DNA from: an uncultured Bacilli bacterium
Lineage (GTDB): Bacteria; Bacillota_I; Bacilli_A; ML615J-28; CAG-698
Direction: 5' to 3'
NCBI GenBank assembly: GCA_934096585.1
Contig: CAKOMG010000002.1
Coordinates: forward strand, 199,770 to 263,769
Length of the DNA: 64,000 nt
Position 1 is the stretch's first letter; each line of letters starts with the position of its first letter. Below the pieces are notes generated by a model. It was not told where the DNA came from. It saw nothing but the letters and a program-made list of their open reading frames with translations, and ran no database searches. The position numbers were made by a program, and so were the translations under genes. Of the stretch, positions 41,701-50,455 are shown piece after piece.

Positions 41701-42442
41701 TATTAGTTTAATTAAAAATAACTTTCGAACATACATGTCTATTATTGGAAATAATGATATGAATGAAAAAATATCTTATTGCAATGATATGACTAAATTA
41801 GCATTATTATTTTATGATGTTTTTGTAGAAAACTACATTATTTCTAAAAGAAACCAAGTGTTTGAACTTCTAGAAATGTTAGAAAGATATAAAGACCAAA
41901 TGAATGTTTCAAATGAAATTAATTCAGAAATTGAGAATTTTTTTGCATTGCCTTTTATGCGTGTTTCTAAATGTGAAAATTGGATAAGAAAAGTCCCTTT
42001 AATGGATATTAACTCTAATATTTTATCTTTTAATTCAGACGATATAGATAATATTATCAATGTCGTTGATTTAATAAATTATGCAACACCTAGTGTTTAT
42101 TACTTAAAACTATTGCGAGAATATGTAAATAATAGTGAAATAAAAGATTTTACAAATAAGATTGAACAGATTTGTAATAAATTAGATTCATACAATATTT
42201 TTAATTTATTTATATCTTTTGGTGATGTTTTAAAAAAATTATCGAGCAATGAAAAAAAGAATTTTGATAATTATTTATTACAAGTTTTATCTATGATGTC
42301 AAATTTAATTTCAATAGATAATTTTAATGTGATGTCAAAAAAATATATAAATAATTTATCAATTGAATCAAATAAATACTATGCATTAGCTATTTATTTT
42401 GACGAATATATTAAAAAAATGAGGAAAGATAAAAATGGATGA
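38729..42442 (+). CDS. NERD-domain / RecQ-family SF2 helicase fusion protein (1237 aa)
   Basis: NERD-like DFIIVSNNVIIIIEVKNWHGEI. RecQ motif I MPTGSGKSLIYY. Motif II VLDEVHCLSFLSHNFRPEY. Motif VI QQIGRAGRNGEY. Confidence 0.7.
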   Translation: MNNIERIVNIIKEKIKSNPIILFNCFFTEKMLYELLVEEAIDERIFYYMMFLYDFGYVSDVIFKNKDIAINNIKNKNNESQLPIQEINYWNLILSDEIIKCIKETHFNERKLNENVGKIIFLNEPSFNDSNYSGVDGEYEIYKELKTFNDQKYNDFLYANYRVKIHNKDYESDFIIVSNNVIIIIEVKNWHGEITIDKYGNITTNGSLGYKNPISQNNRHVNDLRTFLINKFDIDIPIKSVIVFGKKSHVINIDKEYNRDTEIINYDELNYFIQKTIHNDENKKIFDNKIISSFINVYNSFDNTNYIFYPEDFINLELANEYYKYQEVVKDSNYKKGKKIFHYSIDSTNRQLENDMNTIYFDKIIKYNIRFNDDIKYNCFIINSFLKFNVKCRFKYANLIAVIYNYLLRNNEIDSSLDIPLFINHYDYNNITDIREQYPKIFKLMIVILLLIKNNYFTLNEMNIEIPFFIEDKYESLLTIAIKCLNNYLEKISLLTIGKILKLKIQDDESYEVGFEKDSNLDIMILDYNNKKFSQEIEENSLWIEDNIRYNINDKNDYILIDFLKEFTPFTAFKEGQLDFIKNILNFPTNKIVIMPTGSGKSLIYYFCAILQPKVTFIVSPNDILISNQINNLKKIHRYTNVVKLSYKTKIGLNQIIYSTPIILQEDSLIRDIIDCDNIYSFVLDEVHCLSFLSHNFRPEYFTLSSKLNMFFKKTLSLGFTATSDYEVTKDLAKQLTINFSEQDILENINMRTDRLSYDIRCYDTREEQLIALFELSKRISVLKNIVFVKDEKTANEIFKIIGTNKSLIFSQDDQGVLDLFIDLNSGFNFLICGYELGIGLDLGNISNVIHFGIPYSKMDYVQQIGRAGRNGEYCKSYVLYLNQQKFESYLFDRNLEYDSFISKLIADEKNDYTMSYLNIFKKFLNYNKQKKEFKNILLQVMEDYFNRGFTTTILTENNDFCFYILQALGIISYWGKNKNQVVLCLNKLNNISLIKNNFRTYMSIIGNNDMNEKISYCNDMTKLALLFYDVFVENYIISKRNQVFELLEMLERYKDQMNVSNEINSEIENFFALPFMRVSKCENWIRKVPLMDINSNILSFNSDDIDNIINVVDLINYATPSVYYLKLLREYVNNSEIKDFTNKIEQICNKLDSYNIFNLFISFGDVLKKLSSNEKKNFDNYLLQVLSMMSNLISIDNFNVMSKKYINNLSIESNKYYALAIYFDEYIKKMRKDKNG

Positions 42443-43451
42443 TAAAAAAATTGAAATTATAAAAGAACACATAGATTCCTTTGTTAATGATATGGTTGAT
42501 ATTAATAAAATTGAAGAAACATTAAAACTATATTATACTAATATAAAAACACAAGTAGAAGTTTTTACAACTGAATTTAACAAAAATAGAGAATATTTGT
42601 TAAATCAAATTGAAAAAGAGCGAAATCAATTAAATAATTTATCTTCAAATCAAATTGATTTGTTTAAAGAAGAAGCAAGAAAAGAACTAGAAGCTTTTAA
42701 AAAATTTAATAATGATTTAAATGAAAATCATAAGTCTTTTACTAGTGAAATCGAACGAATGATTTCCAATATCATTGAAAAAAATCAAAACCATTTACGA
42801 GATTTATCTTCTCAACAAATTGAATTATTTAAAGAGCAAACCGAAAAGCAAATAAAGAGTAATAATGAGCTAATTGATAATTACAAGCGAAATCAAAATG
42901 AATTTAGTAGTAATTTTAATCAGGCCTTAGTTACTTTAAACAGTTCAATATCAAAATATAATGATGAAAGTATTAGATATTTTGAAAAAAACAATAAATT
43001 AGTTATAGATTGTGAAAATAGATTTCAACAAATTAATAATGATGTTGATAATATTAGTAAAATAATAAAGGATTCAACAACAATAATATCAACAGAATTT
43101 AATAATATTATTCAAGTATTAAATAATTCATACACACAAATTAATGAATTTCTTATTAGTTTTAATAATAGTGTTGAAATTAATAATAAATTAATAAGTG
43201 ATAATTTTATTAAAATGTCAACAGAATTGAATGATGAATTTAATTCTATTTCAACAAAATTTAGTAATATCTTAGATGATAATAATAAAATAAATAATGA
43301 TATTAAACTAAAAATTGAATCGATAAACCAATATAGTGAAGAAAATCGTGAAAATAATAAAATGATTAAAAAACAAATGAAATTCTTGTGTGTTGCAATT
43401 ATTATTAACTTTTTAATTTCATTAGCATTGTTAATTTTATATTTTGTATAA
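42435..43451 (+). CDS. coiled-coil protein with a C-terminal transmembrane anchor
   Basis: Repetitive N/Q/E/K-rich heptad-like sequence ending in FLCVAIIINFLISLALLILYFV. Overlaps the helicase stop by 8 nt. Confidence 0.55.
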   Translation: MDDKKIEIIKEHIDSFVNDMVDINKIEETLKLYYTNIKTQVEVFTTEFNKNREYLLNQIEKERNQLNNLSSNQIDLFKEEARKELEAFKKFNNDLNENHKSFTSEIERMISNIIEKNQNHLRDLSSQQIELFKEQTEKQIKSNNELIDNYKRNQNEFSSNFNQALVTLNSSISKYNDESIRYFEKNNKLVIDCENRFQQINNDVDNISKIIKDSTTIISTEFNNIIQVLNNSYTQINEFLISFNNSVEINNKLISDNFIKMSTELNDEFNSISTKFSNILDDNNKINNDIKLKIESINQYSEENRENNKMIKKQMKFLCVAIIINFLISLALLILYFV

Positions 43452-43470
43452 TATACAAATTTATTTATAA

Positions 43471-43515
43471 AGACAATAATTTTTAAATGGTAATCATTAA
43501 ATTATTGTCTTTTTT
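43471..43515 (+). terminator. rho-independent terminator
   Basis: 12-bp perfect stem agacaataattt/aaattattgtct followed by TTTTTT. Confidence 0.7.
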
Positions 43516-43785
43516 AATTGTTTATTCGAAAACAATTCCTTTTTTTGTAGAAATAACATATAATATAAATGCATATATACCTATTTAATTCGAACTAATA
43601 GTTTAAGCAGCTTAAAATGTCATCAGGCATAAGGAAGTCACAAGACTTTTATATTCAAGATTAAATTGATTTAAACATATTGTTTTACAAGAATGTAAAA
43701 AATTCATTCATAAAATATTACAAAAATGTAATTTATGGGTTGCTTTTTATTACAAAAATGTGTATTATAATATTAGGAGCATTTT

Positions 43786-45120
43786 ATGTTAAAAAGAAAG
43801 ATTGATTTATTTTTAAAAAAATGGTTTAACAACAATAATAGACATCCATTAATAATTAGAGGACCTAAATTAATTGGCAAAACTACTTCAATAATGAGCT
43901 TTGCAAAAACACATTATGAAAATATTATCTATATTAATTTAATGGATGATCAAAGATATAAAAAAGCATTTGAATATAATAATCAATCACAAGTCTTATC
44001 TTGTTTATTAAAAATGAATCCAGAATTAAAATTTATTCCTAATAAAACTATAATAATTATAGATGAAATACAAGAATGTCCAAATGTCTGTACATCGCTA
44101 AAATCATTTAGCTTGGAAAAACAATATGATATAATATGTATTGGTGTGATATTAGATATTCATTTAGAAAAAATTCAAAGTATACCAGTAGGATATAAAC
44201 ATGAATATATAATGCGTTCATTGGATTTTGAAGAATTCTTATGGGCAAATGGATATGATGAGTTTCAAATAGATAACGTTTATTCATATTTAAAACAATT
44301 AAAACCACTACCAATTGAATTATATAATAATCTTTTAAAATTATTTAAAGATTATATAACGATAGGTGGAATGCCTGAAATTGTTGATGAATATATTAAA
44401 GGAAAATCAATAAATGATTTATTATCAATGCATTATTCCATTTATCAAACATATAAAAATGAAATAAAGAGTTACGTAGAAAAGAAAAATGTAAAAAAAA
44501 TAGAATTAATTTTTGATAATATAACAAAAGAATTAATAAGTAATGATGACAAATTTGAAATTCATGATTCATCAATTCGCTATAAAACATATAATTATTA
44601 TGAATGTATTAATAGTTTAAAAGATGCTGGAGTAATTAATATTGCTTATAACTTACAATCTCTTGATTTACCTTTAAAGGGAAATGAAATAGATAATTAC
44701 TTTAGAATATATTATAGTGATACATCTCTACTATTATCTTCAATTGATGAAGAATCAAAAAAAGACTTCATTATTAATAATAATTTTCAAATTTATAATG
44801 GAGCTTTATTTGAAAACATAGTTGCAGAAGCTATAACAAAACAAGGATATGAAGATATATTCTTTTATAAAAATGATTCAGCAACTATTGAGTTAGATTT
44901 TGTAATAAGAGTAAAAAATGAAATAATTCCTATAGAAGTAAAAGCTAAAAAAGGAAGAGCTAAATCATTAAGAACATTATTAGATGAGAATATAGTTAAT
45001 TATGGAATTAAACTATCAAATAACAATATAGGATTCGATGGTAAAATATTTACAATTCCTTCATTTCTTACATTCTTATTAAAAAGATTTTTTAATGAAA
45101 CAGATTATATAAAATGGTAA
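43786..45120 (+). CDS. AAA-family ATPase of the DUF4143 (archaeal-ATPase-like) type
   Basis: PLIIRGPKLIGKTT Walker A. IIIIDEIQECPN. Confidence 0.6.
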   Translation: MLKRKIDLFLKKWFNNNNRHPLIIRGPKLIGKTTSIMSFAKTHYENIIYINLMDDQRYKKAFEYNNQSQVLSCLLKMNPELKFIPNKTIIIIDEIQECPNVCTSLKSFSLEKQYDIICIGVILDIHLEKIQSIPVGYKHEYIMRSLDFEEFLWANGYDEFQIDNVYSYLKQLKPLPIELYNNLLKLFKDYITIGGMPEIVDEYIKGKSINDLLSMHYSIYQTYKNEIKSYVEKKNVKKIELIFDNITKELISNDDKFEIHDSSIRYKTYNYYECINSLKDAGVINIAYNLQSLDLPLKGNEIDNYFRIYYSDTSLLLSSIDEESKKDFIINNNFQIYNGALFENIVAEAITKQGYEDIFFYKNDSATIELDFVIRVKNEIIPIEVKAKKGRAKSLRTLLDENIVNYGIKLSNNNIGFDGKIFTIPSFLTFLLKRFFNETDYIKW

Positions 45121-45135
45121 ATAAGGAGTTACATT

Positions 45136-46233
45136 ATGTTTGAAAGTAAAAATCAAAAGTTTATAACTAAGTTAATAGAAGTAATGAATAAAAATAAGGG
45201 ACAATTTAAAAACATTGATTCACCTGACAAATTTTCAAAATTTAATATATTCATTAAAAATGAAATTAAAAAAATAGAATCATTAGATATTATAGATGGT
45301 GATTTACATTACTCACTTCATATGAATGAACTTCTTAAAGAAGACTTTTATGAACCAGAATTATTCCCCGCAATATACTTTCCAAAAAACAAAATAATAG
45401 TATCAATGAAGTTTAAAGATACATTCATTAAAAAGAAAGAAGATACTATAATATTTGCCATATGTTATGATATTACAAGTGATGCACTTAAATATTATTC
45501 TAATAACTGTTTAAAAACGGATATTTATTTTAGTGAAATAAAGAATGGCAAATTAGATCCTATTATAGCTATCAAAAATGTAAATGCTGAAAGAATAATT
45601 GCGGATATAATAGCTTTACCTCATTTACAAACAAATGAAAGTAGTAGCAATACAATAAGAAGAGCAATAGGAGAAAACATATTTTATTTATTAGATAAAG
45701 ATTTATTAAGAATAGTTTTAAGTCAAGATGATGATCCATTCTCTGGACATTGTATTTGGGGAACTGAGATTGTTGAAAACTATTATTTAATGCTTGAATT
45801 ATTCACAAATCTCTCATTATCTTACTATACTCCTAATCCTGAAAAAATAGATTACTTTATCCAAGGATTCTTTGAATTTCATAAAGATTATGTATTAAGT
45901 GCATTTTGGCCAAACTTATCCACAAAAGCAGAGAATAATGAATATACAGAATTCGGGATAGTAATGAATAGAAATACTAAAAAAATGAGATTCTTTGCGG
46001 AAAGAAAATCAATCTTCTTATCACAAACAAGTTTCCTAATAGATGAATATTATGAAGATGGAACAAAGTATTGTTGGTTAAAAGAAGATATTGAACAAGT
46101 ATATGACAGTAATAAAGATCCAATTGAAATCTTTGCAAGAAACATTTGGTTTTTACTTGAAAATGAAGAAACATTAAAAAGAAGTGCAAAACAAAATTTA
46201 ATGTTTTATGTGAATGGGATAAAGATTAAATAA
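45136..46233 (+). CDS. hypothetical protein
   Basis: ORF with RBS AAGGAG. Confidence 0.5.
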   Translation: MFESKNQKFITKLIEVMNKNKGQFKNIDSPDKFSKFNIFIKNEIKKIESLDIIDGDLHYSLHMNELLKEDFYEPELFPAIYFPKNKIIVSMKFKDTFIKKKEDTIIFAICYDITSDALKYYSNNCLKTDIYFSEIKNGKLDPIIAIKNVNAERIIADIIALPHLQTNESSSNTIRRAIGENIFYLLDKDLLRIVLSQDDDPFSGHCIWGTEIVENYYLMLELFTNLSLSYYTPNPEKIDYFIQGFFEFHKDYVLSAFWPNLSTKAENNEYTEFGIVMNRNTKKMRFFAERKSIFLSQTSFLIDEYYEDGTKYCWLKEDIEQVYDSNKDPIEIFARNIWFLLENEETLKRSAKQNLMFYVNGIKIK

Positions 46234-46334
46234 CAACGATTATAAATAATCTTTACAACGGCAATAAATAGCAACGGCAATAAATTGCCTTTATATATAA
46301 TAAGAAAGAGATATAATTTTTAAGGAGTACTACA

Positions 46335-46952
46335 ATGAAAGTATTAATTATAAATGGAAGTCCAAGAACTAATGGCAATACTCAAATAGCCATTAATGAA
46401 CTAACAAAAGAATTTGAAAAAGAAAACATTGAAGTAAAAAATATCGAAATAGGAACAAAAGACATAAGAGGATGTATAGCATGTGGCACATGCTATAAAA
46501 CCGGTAAATGTGCATTTAATGACTTAGTTAACGAAGGAATAGAATTATTAAAAGAAGTAGATGGAGTAATTATTGCAAGCCCTGTATACTATGCTTCCGC
46601 AAACGGCTCTCTAATATCATTTTTAGATCGTATGTTTTATGCAAATCATACTGACCTAACAATGAAAGTAGGTGCAAGTGTAGCAGTAGCAAGAAGAGGT
46701 GGCACCTCTTCAACATTCGATGAACTAAATAAATACTTCACAATTAGCGGTATGCCAATTGCATCAAGTTACTATTGGAATAGTGTCCACGGAAGAGATA
46801 AAGGTGAAGCTCAAGAAGATAAAGAAGGATTATACACAATGCGAATGCTTGCTAAAAACATGATCTTTTTAATGAAAGCAATAGCTCTTGGAAAAGAAAA
46901 ATATGGACTACCACTTAAAGAAGAGCGTGCAGTTACAAACTTTATTCATTAA
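46335..46952 (+). CDS. NAD(P)H-dependent FMN reductase / iron-sulfur flavoprotein (flavodoxin-like fold)
   Basis: MKVLIINGSPRTNGNT and CIACGTCYKTGKC. Confidence 0.65.
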   Translation: MKVLIINGSPRTNGNTQIAINELTKEFEKENIEVKNIEIGTKDIRGCIACGTCYKTGKCAFNDLVNEGIELLKEVDGVIIASPVYYASANGSLISFLDRMFYANHTDLTMKVGASVAVARRGGTSSTFDELNKYFTISGMPIASSYYWNSVHGRDKGEAQEDKEGLYTMRMLAKNMIFLMKAIALGKEKYGLPLKEERAVTNFIH

Positions 46953-46978
46953 ACATCTCTAAAAAGAGATGTTTTTTT
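46952..46978 (+). terminator. rho-independent terminator
   Basis: aacatctct-aaaa-agagatgtt followed by TTTTTT. Confidence 0.75.
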
Positions 46979-47047
46979 ACTTGCAACTTAGAGTTGCTTG
47001 CTATATAATTATAATTATAGTAAAATATTGGTGTAAGGAGGAAAAAG

Positions 47048-47494
47048 ATGATAGATTTTGTGAAAGTTGGAAATGTCATAATGACAAAAAGAAGACAACT
47101 AAATATGACACAAGATGATTTAGCTAATCATTTATTTGTCACTAGACAACTAGTATCAAAATGGGAAAATGGAACCGGAGTTCCCTCAATAGACGTATTG
47201 ATTGAATTATCCAAATTATTCAAAATTCCTATTGAAGAGCTCTTATGTTTAAATGAAGAATTTATTGTCAATGAAGAAAATATCTTTAGTGGCCATAACA
47301 GAATGTTTGTCATTGAAAATATCATAAATAATAACATAAAAGTTGATTTACCAAGTGTCTTCTATCAATTTTCTAACACAGAAAGAATGATAGTATTAAG
47401 AGCCATAAAAGATGGACGATTAAAAATCAATATAAAAGAACTATATCCTAAACTTACACCTGAAGAACAATTATACATTAGAAAGGAGATATAA
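47048..47494 (+). CDS. XRE-family helix-turn-helix transcriptional regulator
   Basis: MTQDDLANHLFVTRQLVSKWENGTGVPSIDVLIELSKLFKIPIEELL. Confidence 0.7.
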   Translation: MIDFVKVGNVIMTKRRQLNMTQDDLANHLFVTRQLVSKWENGTGVPSIDVLIELSKLFKIPIEELLCLNEEFIVNEENIFSGHNRMFVIENIINNNIKVDLPSVFYQFSNTERMIVLRAIKDGRLKINIKELYPKLTPEEQLYIRKEI

Positions 47495-47496
47495 TT

Positions 47497-48153
47497 ATGA
47501 TTTTAAAAAAAGTAATTGAAGATAATAAAGAAATATATGTTCCAATTAGTTTGGAAGAAGCTGCACAACTAAAAGATCGTTCTTTACTTGTTTTCACAAG
47601 TGAAGATTCAGAAGATGAATTTGAAGATTATTTAGATGAACTAGAAGAACGTGAAGAAGAAGAAAGAGAAAGATTAGAAGAAGAACGTGAAAGAATGGAA
47701 GAAGAAAGAGAAGATGAATGGGAAGAAAAGATGGATAAATTGGAAGAAAAGTTAGACAAATTAAAAGATTTTGATGTCTTTAACTTTGATTTCTCACATA
47801 TAGGTAAAGGATCAAAAATAATGTCTATATTACCATTCTTAAGTAGAGAACAATTATCTGAAATTGTAAATGGGTATATTGATGGAACATTAGGATATGA
47901 TATTAACATTACATGCTTATTCCCATTTATTTGTAGAGAAGATTGTGATAAGCTATTTAATAAGTTTTTATCTGATGAATCATTACATTCATATGTTTAT
48001 AAAATAATACCATTTGTTTCATCAAATGTCTTACAAGAATTTGTGAATGAATATGTAAATGGAAAATATCAAAATATTGATGTAAAGAAAATATATCCAT
48101 TTTTACCAAATTATTCAATTAAACAATTATTTGATTATTTATGTAAAAAATAA
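47497..48153 (+). CDS. hypothetical protein with a highly acidic E/R-repeat segment
   Basis: LEEREEEERERLEEERERMEEEREDEWEEK. 2 nt after the HTH gene. Confidence 0.5.
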   Translation: MILKKVIEDNKEIYVPISLEEAAQLKDRSLLVFTSEDSEDEFEDYLDELEEREEEERERLEEERERMEEEREDEWEEKMDKLEEKLDKLKDFDVFNFDFSHIGKGSKIMSILPFLSREQLSEIVNGYIDGTLGYDINITCLFPFICREDCDKLFNKFLSDESLHSYVYKIIPFVSSNVLQEFVNEYVNGKYQNIDVKKIYPFLPNYSIKQLFDYLCKK

Positions 48154-48341
48154 AACTTTAGTTTAGAGGTGATTTATCATGAAGAAATTATTTTCTAATA
48201 AAACTAAAAACTGTTATAATCAACTTGAAGATAGTAAAACTTTTAATTATGAAAAAGAATATAATAAATATTTATTAGAAATGCAAAATATAGATTTAGT
48301 TGAAAAAAGAATTCGTAACACTAATTATTTGTGTTAAAATA

Positions 48342-48370
48342 AAGCCTCCTAAAAATTAGGAGGTTTTATT
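48342..48370 (+). terminator. rho-independent terminator
   Basis: aagcctcct-aaaaatt-aggaggttt followed by T-rich sequence. Follows an unlisted 52-aa ORF (about 48179-48337). Confidence 0.65.
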
Positions 48371-48451
48371 TAAAAATAATCAATTTCACTTGAAAAAAAA
48401 GATAATATATTATATAATATAGCCACTTAAATTATATATTTGGAGAACTGT

Positions 48452-48973
48452 ATGATACAAATTAAAATCATTGATCAAAATCATGAAAATGATATTCATT
48501 TGCCAAATGATGATTTTAAAATTTTTGGAAGATTAAAACCTTCATATATCAATGATTCATGGAGTTATGAAATCATTAAAAATGATACCATAACACAAAT
48601 GAAGTTTCCTGATGAATTATATAATTATAGTGAAATGAAAGACTATATTTTTATTGGTGCTTATGATAATGATAATTGTATAGGATTATTAGTTTTAAGA
48701 CACTGTTTCTTTAAATACATGTATATTTATGATTTAAAAGTAAAAAACGAGTATAGAGGAAAGCATGTAGGTAAAATGTTAATAGAGAAAGCAAGTTGTG
48801 TAGCCAAAGATTTTAAGTATAGTGGTATATACACAATAGTTCAAGATAACAATTTAAGTGCTTGTTTATTTTATTTAAATAACGGATTCTATATTGGTGG
48901 TATTGATACTAATATTTATAAACATACAGCGCAAGAGGGAAAGATAGACATAATATTATATAAGGAATGTTAA
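48452..48973 (+). CDS. GNAT-family N-acetyltransferase
   Basis: LKVKNEYRGKHVGKMLIEKA (motif A) and NNGFYIGG. Confidence 0.6.
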   Translation: MIQIKIIDQNHENDIHLPNDDFKIFGRLKPSYINDSWSYEIIKNDTITQMKFPDELYNYSEMKDYIFIGAYDNDNCIGLLVLRHCFFKYMYIYDLKVKNEYRGKHVGKMLIEKASCVAKDFKYSGIYTIVQDNNLSACLFYLNNGFYIGGIDTNIYKHTAQEGKIDIILYKEC

Positions 48974-48990
48974 AAGTAAGGAGTGTAATT

Positions 48991-49602
48991 ATGGTTAAAA
49001 AGTTTTTAACAATTTTTAGTTTAGTAATTTGTATGTTTTGTTTAGTAGCTTGTGATGAGGGAAATGATGATGGACCACATGAACAACTTCATGATTCAAA
49101 ACAATGGTTCACGGAAAAAGAATTAGAAGCAAAAGGATTAAAAGGACTTAAAGCTCCAATCAATTTGACAGGTGATATGAATTCAAGTGATACATGGTTT
49201 AATGATGGATATTCATTCTCTCAAAATTGCCCAAGTGAAGAAGTGTTTGAAGAAAACGCCAAGATTATATTTGAATATTTGAAAGCAAATTATAATGGAA
49301 AAATGGGTAAACCAAGAATTGAACAAATAGGAATGGAAACTAATGAAACTTGGTACATCATTGAACAAAAAGAAACATTAGCTGATTATTTTGATGATAA
49401 TCCTAGTAAATTATATTTATTCTATTATGTTGTTGATGAAACATTAGAAGATGGGTATTTAACAAGTAATGGTGTTTTGACACTTGAAATTCGTTATGAA
49501 TTCGATACATCTACTAATGCTTATCTGTTTAAGTTGTTTATTGAAAATCCAAGTAAATCACATAATGGTGCTTATACAAATTATTATAAATTGAGAGGTT
49601 AA
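48991..49602 (+). CDS. lipoprotein
   Basis: MVKKFLTIFSLVICMFCLVAC signal peptide with a lipobox. AAGGAG RBS. Confidence 0.6.
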   Translation: MVKKFLTIFSLVICMFCLVACDEGNDDGPHEQLHDSKQWFTEKELEAKGLKGLKAPINLTGDMNSSDTWFNDGYSFSQNCPSEEVFEENAKIIFEYLKANYNGKMGKPRIEQIGMETNETWYIIEQKETLADYFDDNPSKLYLFYYVVDETLEDGYLTSNGVLTLEIRYEFDTSTNAYLFKLFIENPSKSHNGAYTNYYKLRG

Positions 49603-49603
49603 T

Positions 49604-50293
49604 ATGAAATATAAAATTGTTGGGTGGACTGATTATGATAATGAAGAATTTAAGGAAATGGTAAACTTCACTCACAATGCCTATTTAACACTTATTAGAG
49701 AAATTAGAGAACAAGGATATACAATATCTGGATATGATCATCAAGAAAATGGGTGGGTACCCATTTTTAACACTGGTGAAATTATTAGAATGACGCAAAG
49801 AGGATGGGGCGGAATCATGGCAGATGTCATCCAGTTTGAACAAAAAAATGGATATGAGTATTCAATTTATGGTGTTGGTGGTGCTGTTATGGGATATAAT
49901 GACGAGTCTATCTATCTTAAAGATGATATTGATTTTCCAAATATTGAAGATATTTGTGACACCTATAAAATTGTAATATCTGAAAAAACATTTAATAATT
50001 ATCAAGATGGTGAAACATTATTTAGATTCTTCATAAATGAAGAATTAAGTAGTTCAGATAATCATGATCGTTTGTTACTTACTTATAAAGGTCATGTCAT
50101 AAAAACAGAAATAATGTGTATCTATTATTATGAAAAAAGTAAAATAGATGACCAAATCGAAGCATGTAGGGCCTATGAAGAAGATAAAGAATCAAAATAT
50201 ATTTATATTGTTGAACCTAATAGACCATATGACTTTGAATCAAAAAGAAAATCAATGGTATTAAGAATATTAAGTGAATATGAAGAAGAATAA
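49604..50293 (+). CDS. hypothetical protein
   Basis: ORF immediately after the lipoprotein gene. Confidence 0.5.
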   Translation: MKYKIVGWTDYDNEEFKEMVNFTHNAYLTLIREIREQGYTISGYDHQENGWVPIFNTGEIIRMTQRGWGGIMADVIQFEQKNGYEYSIYGVGGAVMGYNDESIYLKDDIDFPNIEDICDTYKIVISEKTFNNYQDGETLFRFFINEELSSSDNHDRLLLTYKGHVIKTEIMCIYYYEKSKIDDQIEACRAYEEDKESKYIYIVEPNRPYDFESKRKSMVLRILSEYEEE

Positions 50294-50344
50294 AGACTCT
50301 TTCTTATTATATATAGTGTTGTATATTAAAATGAAAATTTTATA

Positions 50345-50382
50345 ATGTTCTTTGCCATTTTATAGGCAAGGAACATTTTTTT
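50345..50382 (+). terminator. rho-independent terminator
   Basis: atgttctttgcc-attttata-ggcaaggaacat followed by TTTTTTT. Confidence 0.65.
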
Positions 50383-50455
50383 AAAATGCTCATTAATCTC
50401 TTTTCTTATTATATATAATATGGTATAATAGTATTAATATTTTAAGAGGTACTTT

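Noticed and set aside
46236-46300. Tandem repeat caacggcaataaat x2 with a ggcaat-aa-attgcc palindrome after the 365-aa gene
   Set aside because: Probably just a weak terminator or stuttered duplication. Too short for anything more.
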